The notes under the pieces were generated by a model. The model was given only the letters and a program-made list of their open reading frames with translations. It did not search any database and was not told the origin of the DNA. A stretch of DNA of 64,000 nucleotides from the human T2T-CHM13v2.0 reference genome, Homo sapiens. The stretch is from NCBI RefSeq assembly GCF_009914755.1, contig NC_060926.1; one strand, given 5' to 3'. Both the position numbers and the translations under genes were made by a program. Positions 40,834 through 54,091 of the stretch are shown piece after piece. Positions within the stretch are counted from its first letter, which is position 1; each line of letters opens with the position of its first letter.

Positions 40834-42078
40834 AATTCACCTCTGTCTATGATGCCTAGGAGACTTTCTAGAAAACATGTGTTTAGGAGGTAGGGGATCA
40901 GAGAGTTGAGTCATCTCCCTGAAATGAGAGAAGGACAGGCTCTGGCCTGGTCCCAGGCATTAGAGGGCCCCCTCCAACTCTCCTTGTTGTGTCCTTCCTA
41001 TGGGGCAAGAGTCTGCTGGGCCAAATGCATGTGCCCACATACAGCCCAGTCCTCTTCTTGACATGCTTCAGGTCCAGGCACTTAGAACTGTGGGATTGCC
41101 TATTTCAGTGACCGTGGGTTGGCTTCCAGGTCTGTGCAGGTGTGTATGCCTCACTGCTACAGGGCATACTGAGGCTACCTCACACGGGTGTCCATCTGCA
41201 GGCCAACTCTTGGGAATGTTTTCAGGTCTTCTCAGCACTCTGAAGATGATTTCTGTGAGGCCATGTAGAGGGAGAAGGGTGCTCATGATAAAAAGAAAGT
41301 TGTTGCCCAGGGCATACTTACACTTTTTTATATCAACCAATTTCGGTCCTGATGGAAAATTGGAATTGAAAATCAAACTTGAGACTCTTAGCTCAGTATA
41401 CTTTCCCTGTTTCACATTTTCTTCACTGTATGTTTGCATTTTCTCCCCAAATTCAACTTAAAGGTTTTTCTTGGAACAGGCACTAAAGTAGGAAAAAGAA
41501 CTGGAATAAATCATCTTTCCACCAACTCTGGCCATTTATCTCAATTCCTTCATACCATTTCCTATCCCCTTGTTTTAGTTTGGAGGAAATCAGAAAGGAG
41601 AGAGGACAGGCCAAAAGGGAAAAGGAGAAAGAGGAGCAAAAAGAAAAGATTTCCCTGGTGCTGTTTGCATCTCTGCTCTGGGGCTACTTGCCAAGGTATA
41701 GAATTATAACTGCTGATGAGCAGAGATGAAGACAGAGACTGCTCTTCATTCTTTCTTTCTCCAATCTCCAGAACTGGCATGGAATTAAGAGACTCTCCTT
41801 CTTTATCCACAGCCAAGAGCAGACACTGGTGGCAGTAGTCCATACTTCATGCTAGGTAGGAGTTTCTGACTTAGTTTCATGGTTTGGGGAAAAAAATGCT
41901 CTGCAATGTTTTCCTAGTTGTGACTTTTCAAAAGAAAAGCTTCGGTTGTTTCCACAGTGGCCCTGTGGCTGGCACTATTGACTGCCTCACCGTCAGCTGC
42001 TAGGGAGCCTGTTTTGGCAGGAGAGGTGGTAGAGATGTTTCCTTTATGCTCTGTCTGTATGCTTTTATAATTATTGGC

Positions 42079-42441
42079 AGATATGGTTTGGTTTTGTGTC
42101 CCCACCCAAATCTCATCTTGAATTGTAGTTCCCATAATCCCCATGAGTCGTTTGAGGGACCAGGTGGAGATGATTGAATCATGGGGGTGGTTCCCCCAAT
42201 CCTGTTCTCATGACAGTGAGTGAATTCTCAGGAGATATGATGGTTTTATAAGGGGCTTCCTTCTTTGCTTGGCACTCATTCTCTCTCCTGCCACTCTGTG
42301 AAGAGGTGCCTTCTGCCATGACTGTAAGTTTCCTGAGGCCTCCCCAGCCATGTGGAACTGTGAGTCAATTAAAACTCTTTTCTTTATAAGTTACCCAGTC
42401 TCAGGCATTTCCTAATAGCAATGTGAGAATGGACTAATACA
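42079..42441 (+). mobile_element. THE1-type MaLR solo LTR (THE1C/D-like)
   Basis: GATATGGTTTGG..TGTCCCCACCCAAATCTCATCTTGAATTGTAG..GGAACTGTGAGTCAATTAAA..GGACTAATACA. Confidence 0.92.
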
Positions 42442-42962
42442 CGGGCTGTGTGTCAGAAGCTACTGCTTTGATTTTATTGCCCTATTTCTATATCCGTTAG
42501 ATCCCTATTTGAAAATGCCTTTCTCCTTCTTCCTGATGAATTCACAAAATTTGAACTTACATCCTCTTAATTTTCTCCAGCATCATCAAGCTGGCCTTGT
42601 GATAGGTGACATATTTTGGACCAAATGACCGAGGCACCATTCAAAAATTCATTAGCCATGTCTCTTAGATCCTAGAGTGTCATAACATTAGCAGAAACTT
42701 CTAAAAGAAGGAAGATAGTAACTCCAGCCAACACTTTCAATGCACCCTTTTAAAGGAAATCTCAATAGCAAATGAATTGTATCAGTCAGTCAGTAAAAAA
42801 TGACCACCTTTAAAAGGCTGCTTAGGCCTGGAGTGAGTTAAAAATAAAGTGTAGAATGCGGTCACTGCCCACAATAGGATAGGAGACAGTAAGAGTTGCC
42901 CTAGACAAATAGCCAGAAATGTTTCTTGCTGTATGTCCTTGGCTTTTAGGTTGTAGTGGGTG

Positions 42963-43262
42963 TTTTTTTTTTTGAGATGGAGTCTCTCTCTGTAGCCCAG
43001 GCTGGAGTGCAGTGGCACAATCTCAGTTCACTGCAACCTCTGCTTCCCAGGTCCCAGTTCAAGCAATCCCCCTGCCTCAGCCTCCTGAGTAGCTGGGATT
43101 ACAGGAACGTGCCACCATTCCCAGCTAATTTTTATATTTTTAGTAGAGATGGGGTTTCACCATGTCGACCAGGCTGGTCTTGAACTCCTGACCTCAAGTG
43201 ATCCTCCCCATCTTGGCTTCTCAAAGTGCTGGGATTACAGGCGTGAGCCACCACGCCTGGCC
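42963..43262 (-). mobile_element. Alu SINE (AluSx/Sz-like)
   Basis: Full antisense dimer; TSD TGTAG(T/A)GGGT(G/A)TTT at 42952-42965 and 43263-43276. Confidence 0.93.
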
Positions 43263-43746
43263 TGTAGAGGGTATTTCTATGTTTGAGGTCAAATTCAGAT
43301 AGTAAACATTATGTGCTGGGGCAATTATTCCCTAGATATGAGGGATAAAATTTGTCCAAAGAGGTTTTAAGACCAAATAAATTACAGGGAGACCTCTTTC
43401 CTCTTAACTGGTATAGAATTAGCCTGGCTTATTATGGATTTCTCTTTCCAAACAAACAAATATGCAAACAAGTCAACACAAACATGTAGGTTACACACAC
43501 CAACTAAAGAACATCAACACAACCAACAAGGCAAATGGGAATGTGTTTTTTCAGGTGGAGAAATGAAAAGTCAACATGTTAGAGGAGTTCAGGGAGATTT
43601 TGAAAGTAAATGTGTGACCTGTACATTTATTCAAATATAACATTTCCTGAACTGTTGTTATTCAGATATAGTTTTGAGAGCCATTAGTATGTGTCCTATG
43701 GAAAAAAAAAAAAGTAGCCAAATAAATGGAAGGGCAAGTATGATAT

Positions 43747-43928
43747 TTTATTTCATAGGATCTAAGAAACTTTGATTATAAGGTGCACCATTCTTTTATG
43801 GACTGCTGAGGAAGGAAAAGCACTGCTAATTAAACTATGTCATGCTATTGATTCGAAGATGCAGCCCAATTACACAGATGTTAAAATATAGAAAACAAAC
43901 ATGAGTCTTAGAATTGATGAAATTTGGT
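43747..43928 (-). mobile_element. MER104 (TcMar-Tc2) MITE
   Basis: TATTTCATAGGATCTAAG..GGTGCACCATT..AATTAAACTATGTCATGC..TCTTAGAATTGATGAAATTTGG. Confidence 0.75.
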
Positions 43929-44684
43929 ATATCGTCTCTTTTAAAGATTTACAACACACTTTAATAGCTTTGAGAAATCCCACAGGAAAGAAATCTGTTT
44001 AATTCAGCTTTCTCTTATTTTTCTAACACGAATACTTTTACTGGGCAAACGTCTGTATGAATTCATGCATTTAACATGTTTGATGGATTTACTTCATTCT
44101 CCATGCAAATCCCCTCACTCTCCAGGCTCTCTAGTAACATTCCAGCCTTTGGGCTTTCCTGCTGCTTTGAGTTCTAAGCATCCCGGGTTACCTTTCTAAC
44201 TCTGAACACCTATTTGTCATTATCCTTCTTTCACCAATGATTATACACATATTCTTGTTTCTGTCAAAAAATGCAAAGTTACTTCTCCTCATGACACTTC
44301 CAATGCGAGTGTGACCTGCCTGAAGCAAAAAGATGATTGCTACTTCCGTTTTTACTGACCTCAGGACCTAGCATAGAGCTTTCCACACATAATTAACTAA
44401 TAAGTGATGCTGATTAATAGGATTTTCAGGTAAATATGCATCCATTTCTAGACACTAAAGGAAAAACAAACTCTTCCTGGAATTTCACTTATGGAACTCA
44501 ACGTCAATCATGGTTGTAAAAGGAGAGAAATATTTGAAGAGAGACACAAGGTAGAGAGTTGATTAAAGAAAAAAAAAACAAAAACGAGGTAGTAAGTAGT
44601 GTGTACACAAAAGAACATGAGAAGCGAGTCAGACTGCTGGCCACATTTAGGATTTGAGCACTAGGCTGTACTTCTTCTCTAGAG

Positions 44685-44908
44685 CAGAGATCAGCAAACT
44701 ATAGTCCATGGAACAAATATGATCAGTTTCCAGGTTTTATTAAACAATGTCTTATTGAAACACAACCATGCCTATTTGTTTACACATAGTTTATGGTGTC
44801 TTTCGTGCTACAGTGGCAGAATCAGGTAGTTAACCTAAAGACCTTATGGCCTGCAAAAGCAGAAAATAAACTACCTGGCTCTTTATAGAATACGTTTTCT
44901 GATCCCTG
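44685..44908 (+). mobile_element. MER58A (hAT-Charlie) MITE
   Basis: CAGAGATCAGCAAACTATAG..TTATTGAAACACAACCATGCC..TGATCCCTG; degenerate 8-bp TSD CTCTAGAG/CCCTAAAG. Confidence 0.85.
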
Positions 44909-45934
44909 CCCTAAAGCAAGGACACTTGCCCAGTAATAATGCGGGAGAGAGTTTTCACTGTCTGGAGCCTATTTCTCTCTTCCTTCTGCCTACTTTCAGT
45001 GCCAAGGGAAGGCTATGATAATGTTTCATGGTACCTAGTACTTTTACTTTCTTCCTAGAAATCCCAGTGTTGTGTAAAAGAAAGAAGGAAGAAGAAGACA
45101 TGCATGGCAGGGCTACCCACACCTTGAGAGCTCAGATAGACTATTGGCCCTAGTTCCCTGGCAAGTGGAATGTGAGACGATGCTAGGATAATATATTAAA
45201 TATATCTTCCTTTTCTGGGAAAGCAGCTTTTTAGTTATATCACTACTCATACCTATTGTACATATATCTCGTTAAAGATTTTATTGCTTCAAAATGAGCT
45301 CCTCGTTGAGATAATAGTATTGAATCAAGATTTAGTTTATATTGAAACAGTTTGATTGGAATATCATAGTTTGAGGAAGCAAGGAAAAGGCCAAAAGTGC
45401 TTACATTGGATGTAATTTAGCAAAAATGGAAAGTTCAGGCGTTTCTGGCATATAGAGTACATTTATAGCATTTTGGCTTTTCACATTCATCTTTTAAAGT
45501 TCCCAGTTACAACATTTTCTTTCCTTGGCCCCTTAAAAATAATGAATAATTTTGCTCTGCACCCATAGCTTGAGATATTTTGTTATGTGTTAATTCAGAA
45601 GATAAAATTTCTCTTGAAAATGCTCACTTTGGTCTGAATATTAGAAATGAAAAGTCTTATAGCTAGAATTCTAAAATTACCTATATCATTGGGTTCACAT
45701 CATTAAATTGCTTTGAGAATCTTACTTAGGAGTCTGGCAGTAGTAACCATCCATTCAGGATAGCAACTCCAGAGTTGAGTTCTCATTGAGTGAGTATCCC
45801 CATATGCTTCATACTTTTAAAAATTAGCACTGAGTAGGTGCTTTTTAGTAAGCATTAAAAGTCCAACTTTGAAAAGTCATGCCCACCCTCCATCCTGGGA
45901 GGATTACATGTCTGGGAACTCCTAAAAAGATCTC

Positions 45935-46333
45935 TGTCAATGTCTGTTGTCCATCAAATATTTGTCTTTTTCTACTTCTAGGCAGTTGGTAGTATATTTT
46001 CTTGCTTTCTTTATGTTAGAAATTGCCATTGCTTTGACTACTGAAATGTGAGAGGAACGTTTGTGTCACTTCTCTTAAGAAGTGTTAAGAGCCCACGTGC
46101 AAATTCCCTCTACCACTTCCTCTTTTTGCAGCCATAACAGTCAGCAGCATTTCAAATAGTATGGGCTCTGCAAATCTGGGTTCCAAAGTGGAGTGGTGTG
46201 CAGGAGAGCTCTCAGCCCACTTGTGCAGGATATGTAGTTAGAGCAAAAAATAAACCATTGTTTTTTTTAAGCCACTGGGCTACGTAGTTTCATTTGTCAC
46301 TGCAGTGTAACCTGGCCCTTCCTGACTGATTCA
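45935..46333 (+). mobile_element. Old MaLR LTR (MLT1I/J-like)
   Basis: GAAATGTGAGAGGAA..AAATAAACC..AAGCCACTGG..TGTCACTGCAGTGTAACCTGGCCCTTCCTGACTGATTCA. Confidence 0.75.
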
Positions 46334-47719
46334 GTATGTCTAAGATGGCTTATTTATTTATTTATTTAAACTCTTCATGGTGAGAGTAGGCTCTATCAAG
46401 AAACAATCAGTGAGTTTTCAGAGACTCATGTGAACACATGGGCCTGGCATTTTAGTCAATGGTTGTATATTTGTATGCCTCTGGGATACAATATATACTC
46501 TGTACTGTCTTCTTACTTTGTGTTGTTGTAGTTCTCTATTTATTTTATTCCCAAGGAAGAACGCATTTGAAGGAATACTTTAGAAATTGAATGTGTTAAA
46601 GGCAGTCCAGCATTCCTTGGAGAAAGCAACCCTAAGAAGGAATTGAATGCTATTAGGCCTGGGGGAAATGCAGCTAGAGAGTAACAAGCTATTAGTAAAT
46701 TGGGTTGCTTTCAGCATAACATAATACAACATAACAGGATAATATAAACATGGATTAGCACTCACTCCAAGTTTTTATTGCAAGAAGTACAGTTGATATA
46801 AGTGGAGGAGTAGCTGAGATGAAGATTTAGCCAGAAAAAAACACATTTTTGTGTGTGTCAGACTGCTTCATCCATTTCTAGGCTCAGATTTAAGCCCAGG
46901 CATTATGATTGTTAACAATTTGTCACCTTTTTAAACTTAGAGAGACTAAGGCTCTTCCCACACTCTTGAAAAGCATGCACTTGTTTTAGTTGCAGAGCTG
47001 TCTTTCTTTTCTCTTCTGTTTAGTGGGCAGCAATCTCTTCCAAAAGCTTTCTGTCAGGACTAGGAACTTCCAGACCTCTGAGAAGGCAGCTGCTGAAGGA
47101 AAGAAGCCACTTAACTGGTCAGTGTAGGTTTGTGCCTGTGTAGAACAAAGCGATGTTCTTTGCCTATTGTTCCGTCTATAGCCACATGCACATATTAGCA
47201 GCAATAATAAAATATTGCTGCATTATCCCCAAAGTATAGGTCTCTGATAAGATAAAAGCTTTTTTCCCAAAGGGGTTGGTTAGTGTATGGGAGTGGGAGA
47301 TTGGAAAGGAAGGAAATATATTAACCCCGTGGTTCTGATAGAAATGGTCTCTTCCATTACAAAGAAAATGCACACGTTAAACATGTGTGACTAGCAAAAT
47401 CATAAGAGATCGGTTACCATCTCACTGTACTTATCTTAGTTTATAGGACTAGTAAGTGGTTAGAATGCTGCAGACTGCTCCAATAAGAAGAGGTCTATGA
47501 AAGACATACAATGAGTTAGATAATAAAAACAAAACAAATGAACAAAAAAAGAATTGAGCAAGAGACGTTATTGAGTAAGTGGAAACTCAGAAAATACCCC
47601 GAATATCTACAGTGTTCCTTGTAAGATTCACGCAAGAATTCCTTCTTTTCATGCCTTTGGGTGAATCTATTATTTCTGGATAATTTTCCTTTATTGTAGT
47701 CTTTGGTGTGAGAATATAT

Positions 47720-48530
47720 GTAACATACATGTAAGTAATGAAGCAGAATAATACAATAAACAGCTGTGAAGTCACCACCCCATTTTAGAACCACAAACAT
47801 TATTGCAATTGCTTAGATAATCCTCTCATATCCCACATCCCTCCTCCTCGCCTGAGGATGAATTTGTGTTTAAGATTTCTTGCTTTATTAAAACCCATTT
47901 ACATATGCACATACATTCATACCTCCACATAGTGTATTGCTTTGTTTTAATTTTTTTTGAGCTTTTTAAATATGGTGTACCTTTTGTTGTCTACTGAGAC
48001 TTGCTATTCTTACTCAATATTCTGTTTCTAAGATTCACCCATGTTGTCTGTGGGCTTGTAGTCCAGTTATTTTTCCTGCTGTATAATTTTCCACTGTGGG
48101 ACCATACTACGGTTTGTTCATCCATTCTCCTGTTAGTGGGCATTTGAGGAGTTGTTTCCTGGTTTTCTGCTGCTGTGAACAGAACTTCTATGATTATTCT
48201 TGTTCATGTCTCCTGGGGTACATGGGCAGAAGTTTTTCTGGAGTATTACTCTGGGTTGTAATGTGTATGATTTACACATTTTTTCACCATAATTTTACAC
48301 CATAATGCCACATTTTCTTCCAAAGTAGTTGTACCAGCTTGCTTTCTTACCATCAATGCATATGAATAAAAATTCCTATAAATCCACACCTTCCAATCTT
48401 TGATATCATGTGTTAACTTATGCCAATCTAGTATATAAATGGTATCACATTGTGGTCCTAATCTGCATCTCCATGATTGCTAATGAGTTTGAGCATCTTC
48501 GCAAATATATATTAGCGATTTGTGTCACCT
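47720..48530 (-). mobile_element. Old L1 (L1ME-like) fragment
   Basis: CTAAGATTCACCCATGTTG..ATCCATTCTCCTGTTAGTGGGCATTTG..TGGTATCACATTGTGG..GAGTTTGAGCATCTT. Confidence 0.75.
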
Positions 48531-49924
48531 CTGACTTTTTTTTTTAAATTAGCAAGGTAACTATCTATTCAGCTCTCATTAGAAGAGAAAGAGAATTCAA
48601 TTGATTAAAGTCTTGTAATTAGGTTCAAAACTGGTAGGTGATAGACGACCGAAAGCTAAAATGAGTACAATGGCTTCTCCATGTGATAGCAGAATAGGGC
48701 TCTAGAGTGTCCTTAGAATTTCTTAAAAATTCTGTAATTTTGTGTTAATCTGTACATAATAAAGAACATTGAACTATATCAATAAGGATATGTGATAAGT
48801 GGGGGTTTTCTGTATTCCCACATTGATCAGTTAGTACTTCATAGTTGTAAGCAACAGAAAACCACTTTGGCTACCTAAAAAGATTATTTATAGCTATTCT
48901 GTCCACAATAACAAAATTAAAAAAAAACCAGAAACACTGAAATGTCCATTAATAGAATGGATGAGTCCATTGTTGGAGAGCAGGGCATCCTGAACGATGG
49001 TCCCAGTGAGACTGCACATGGTCCCAGAAAGAATCTAGCCGGTGTTAACAAAAGAAAGGAGGGCATGGATGTTAGGTTGGAAACAACAGATTTCGAACAC
49101 CTTGACTCACTAAGATCTTTCTTAGGTGGAAAGGCTAAAAGTCGTTTTTGGTTCCCTTAGAAGACAAATAGAAGTTTGATTTTTTAAAATGTGTTTTTAA
49201 CATAATCCATCATGAGCAAATAATGGAGTTGGATTATATTTTTTTAAACTATAGTGACATTCCTTTTGGCCGAGGTTTTCTAGGCTCAGCTAATAGTCAA
49301 TCAAATAAGTTAATTTGTGCTAAGATGTGAAGATGGCAATGACCTGGTCCAGGGTAGGCGTATGCCCCAACCCCAGTGCTGGCTTGGACCCATGGGTACT
49401 GGTGACTTGAATGTTAATGAGCACATTCATGTCCCCTTCCTAGTTAATTGTAAACCACTGGGAGAGGAACTAGATCTCCAGTCACAAAAAATTTGAGAAC
49501 TGCTCTCCTAACCCAGGGGAATGGCTGGCTGCTAAGATTTCTCTGGGTCCTATCATTGGCAGGAGCCTTGTTTAAATTTTATATCTTCATCAGAGTTTGA
49601 AGTTGGTATGAAGTTTATATGAACAGTAAATCCTAAATCTAAGCAAGTCAGATACTAAGTGCCTTGATTCTGGCAAGGCCCCCCTAAAGCCTGGGAGGTA
49701 GAAGGTGTTAAGGTTATAAGATCCAGTTACCTTTACACATAGCATCAGAGGTAAGGGCAGCCCCACTTGAAATTGAAAGGAGGTATGACCCACAGCAAGG
49801 CGATATATAATTAGAGTCATTTTGCTCTCACTTTTATGTTTAGGAGGAGACTTATCTTATCAAAGCATATGACAAAAATAAGTAAGATATAGAAGCAATA
49901 ACAGAATTTTAAATAGCAGTGTCA

Positions 49925-50150
49925 ATAATAACAAAGATAATAGCTACCATTTATTGATTTTCTCCTCTGTGTCTTGCAAAGTACCTTGTGTGTCATATCT
50001 CTGACCCTTACAGTAATTTTTTCAGTAGGGTTCCTAGTCCTATTTTAGTTAAGAAAGCTGAAGTGCATGTTAGTTAAATAACTTGCAAAAGGTAACAAGC
50101 AATATTGCTGGATGATGCCACATTTGAAATATTAGAATTAAAATTATGCA
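49925..50150 (-). mobile_element. MIR SINE
   Basis: ATAATAGCTACCATTTATTGA..AAGAAAGCTGAAG..TTAAATAACTTGC. Confidence 0.6.
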
Positions 50151-51394
50151 CAAAATGAATTTTAGTACACATTTGACTTTCTCTTGAAAAGATACAGTAT
50201 TTGATTATATATAGAATTTGATAACTATGACTGGGATTCCTTTGCAGGATCACATCAATATACTTTGATAGTAATTGTGTATGAAACAATTATGATTGAA
50301 ACAGTTTATTTCTAATTGGTGAAGGAAAATTATGTAACACTGGTTGCTTTCTCTCCTTGATAAACACTTTTGACATTTAGCATCCCACTTGTGAAATGGC
50401 TTTGGCAAACCCCTTTTTTCTTCCTCCTTAAGTGGTGTGGAGTAGAGGGCAGCTCAGATGAGGCCTGCCTTTTGACTGGATAGAAAAAAAGAGGGACTGG
50501 AAAATGTCAACTTGTTTGGTGAAAGAGAGTCCTATGTTTGGATCTGCTACGATTTGATCTCTAAAATCTTGGGGCATTCAAAAAATGTGACCTGTCTGGA
50601 TAGTAGTATCATAACAACACTGTATTAAAATTTGTTATTTCATTTAAGCAAATTATCTAGATTTAATAAACTTTAAATCCTCTTACATACAAGAAAGTTT
50701 AATAAAGCTCAAGGAAACCATGGTCCTTTCTCCCGCTTTAATTTATTGCTTATTGGCCAGCAACACTCTCATGGAAGCCACCAGGCCTGGGTGTGCTATT
50801 CCTCTGGTTCATGCACCACAGACTGGAGCTCTGCGTTTTGTGCAGCCGTTATCTTTCAACTCTCACTCTGATCAGCAGTCTTGCACAGCTTGATCTCCCC
50901 TTTAATTTAGAATGTTTCTTGTTTTTTGGCTGCTGGCTGCCTTCAGAAAGGAATGAGCATTCTCAGTGAGTAAATGTAACTAACTACCCAACCCTCACCC
51001 TCTTCCCACCCCAGCAATCATTAGTCAGAACATCTGTTCACTCTGCATTTAGAACATGATAGAGCTCACACTGGGATTTTTGGTTAGGATCTTTTAAACA
51101 TCAATTATTTACTCGACTGAAAGATCCTGAAAAGAAGGAACTGCATCCTATACTCAACTGCTATTCTGAACCTGAGCATAAGGCCTAGTACCTATTAGGG
51201 GCAAGACAATAGTTGTTCAATTGCATTGAATATTTACATCTGAGACAGTAACTCAAGATGGTCACTAGACGGGAAGAACCAGAAGAGCCATATTTTGTCA
51301 GAGAGATTTATGTTATAACTTATTCTTCATTGGGGAAGAACCTTGTTAATGACCTTATTCTTTTTGCATCATTCTTCTTACACATTTAACTCTG

Positions 51395-51630
51395 AGGGGC
51401 AGTAGTGAGAGTTCAGCTCTTGAGCCAGACACATGTGGAACAGATCCCAGCTTTATTGCTTTCTAGCTGGGTACCTCTGGGCAAATTACTTCAACATTCT
51501 AAGCCTCAGTGTTCTCATCTCTAAAATGGACATATATAGTCACAACTATCTTAGTGTAGAGTTTTGAGATGGTATCAGTAAAGTATATGTAGTGAGTGCT
51601 CAGTGAATGATTGCTATAATGATTACTATT
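51395..51630 (+). mobile_element. MIR SINE
   Basis: CTGGGCAAATTACTTCAACATTCTAAGCCTCAGTGTTCTCATCTCTAAAATGG..GTGAGTGCTCAGTGAATG. Confidence 0.75.
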
Positions 51631-51964
51631 TTACAACCTGTATCAAAATTGATATTTACACCACAGTGAACCTGTAGCCAGCTTTTCCATTCAGCTTCAT
51701 AGATACAAATTTGGCACCATCTGAAACAGTTATTCACAGAAATAATTATTTGCTTTACTTTCATGTACCAACAATAGACATTCAATGATAGCTGCAATAG
51801 TATTTGTAGCATAAAATGAATCTTTTGCCTTAGCAACCACCTTCAAAAATATATTTTTAATTGGCCATAAGATGGCCAAAGTAAAACAAGTTTTACTTTA
51901 TTATTTATTATTTATTTGTTTTGTTTATTATTTTCTTTTATTGAATACCAAGTCTTGCAGTGAG

Positions 51965-52380
51965 TACCAGTCAGCTATTGCTGAAAAAACAAACCATTCT
52001 GAACACACAGTGGCTTGAAATAAATGTCATTTATTTTCACCTACACAACTGTGGTTGTATAAAAGTTGGCTGATCTAGTCTGGGCTTGGCTAGTTGGCTC
52101 AGCTTTAAATTGCAGGTCTGGCTAAGTCCAGGTTCTTATTGCATGTTGGGTTCATGTCTGCTCCATATGTGTTCATTCATTCTGGGCCTAAGCTCTTCTC
52201 ATGTTGATGCTAGAGGCACAGAGGCAGGCATATTTTAAGCCTTTGTTTATATCATACCTGCTAACACCCCACAGGCAAAGCAAGTTACATAGCTGAATCT
52301 AAGGTCAGAGAAATATATTTATCCTGTAGAGACAGAGGGTCAGAAATAAATATATTTGAGAAATAATTAATTTACCAGGA
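51965..52380 (-). mobile_element. Old MaLR LTR (MLT1H/J-like)
   Basis: AGTCAGCTATTGCTG..CAGTGGCTTGAAATAA..CAAAGCAAGTTACATAGCTGAATCTAAGGTCA. Confidence 0.65.
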
Positions 52381-53429
52381 AGTATAACAACATGGGAAAA
52401 TCTAAATTAAGATCAGTGGATTTGTGAATTATTTTTTTCTCCAGGGACTTTGATAGCAATAGTGACTGAAAAAGAGACTCATTTTAGGGGTACATCTTCA
52501 ACCAAGCTTGTATCCTAAGTGCTCAGAATTTAGACTGTTCAATTCCATATGTCTAAGAGGGAAGTATGCAACAGAGCTTTAAAAACCCAGCACTTAAGAA
52601 AATAGACTGAAGTGAGTCCTAGGGGATATTTCTAAAGAGATTGCTATTACTTCTAGCAAATACAATTTATGCTTCCTGCAAGAGTACTATTTTGGGCTTT
52701 TTTTGTTTTGTTTTGTTTTGTTTAGAGAGAAAAAGTAAGTTGTGCTGTGTTTGGTTTCATGATTCGACTTCTGAAATACCATGTTGGGCTTTGCATATTT
52801 GGGTTAGTAGAAACTTTTATTTTGGGAGATTTTTCAGTATCCAGGTTATAGGAAAAATAAAACATTAACACATACTGCATTCTAGATTTCCAGGTGTGTG
52901 TATTTTTTTGGGGGCAGGGGTGAGTTGGCATTGGGCAATGTTTCTACTCACACTTCTGCTTGCTTTCAATGAGGTCTTATAAAGAAGAACTGTCTTGAGG
53001 TCCACTGTTGGCCATGGATAGCTTTATTCAATAAAATATGGTGACTAAAAACAGGTCATTTAGACATTTACCACCTGCCGGGAAAGGAATGTGCTTGGAC
53101 AAGGAATTTGTATTTTTTGAGAGTGCAATTGTATTAAAATAAACACTTCTGGAGCCAGGTTTTTCCTTTCTCCTCCTCAAGGTTAGCAAGCTGAGGGCCT
53201 CTCAGCTTCTCTCCTTTGGGTCCCATGTGTGAGAGAGAAGCTGACTTAACTGTGTGGGATGTAGCTTGGGCATTGGACTATTTAAATCTTTCCTGGTGAA
53301 TTAATTCTGCAGCTAGTGTTGTGAACCTCTAACCTAAAGTCTTGCTAATGCCATCTTTGTCATCAGAAAAGCTCACTGCCTGTAGATCAGCATTCAGTGC
53401 TATCCCCAGTGGTAGGGTGGGAATAACTG

Positions 53430-53650
53430 ACTGAATGTTGTCATTGTGGCTGGGGCTTTGCTTCTCATCTCACTGGATTTAATCTTCACAAAAACCCCAC
53501 AAGGTCGATATTGTTGTCCTCATTCTACTGATGAGCAAACAGAAACTCAGAGAAGGACATAGCTTGCCCTCAAACACAGAGCTTTTAATTACAAGGTTAG
53601 GATTTCAGTCTCAACTATTATATTCAAGGCCCTGGACCCTTCCTTACTCT
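53430..53650 (-). mobile_element. MIR SINE
   Basis: TTTAATCTTCACAAAAACCCC..GATGAGCAAACAGAAACTCAGAGAAGG..CTTGCCC. Confidence 0.7.
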
Positions 53651-54091
53651 GAAATAAAACTGAGTGGTCACTGTATTTGCCACCCTCTAAGCTGCCTTCT
53701 AAGAGGGAGAGCAGTTTCTCATAGATGAGTATGTGGAGGGACATATAAACAGCAGAGTGAATATTAAGCTAAGATAGGAGCAGGCAGCAGTAGCTTGATT
53801 CAGATGCAAATTGAAGCTAGGTATGATACATAAAGAACTGGGAGAGTAAAGGATTAGATTGGAGGTGGGTAGCTGTAGCCTGTACAGTCATGCACCAAGC
53901 AACAATGTTTCAGTCAGGGATGGACTGTATATACGATGGTGGTCCTATAAGATTATAATGTGGCCAAAAGATTTCTATTGCCTAGTGATGTTGTAGCTGT
54001 GGTAATGTCACAGTGCAGTACATTGCTCATGTGTTTTTGGTGATGCTGTCGTAAAAAATCCCACTGTGCTGCTACTCACATAAAAGTATAG

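Noticed and set aside
41000-41461. 153-aa + ORF with a 123-aa antisense ORF
   Set aside because: It has no recognisable domain and no convincing exon boundaries, and ORFs of this length arise by chance in 64 kb.
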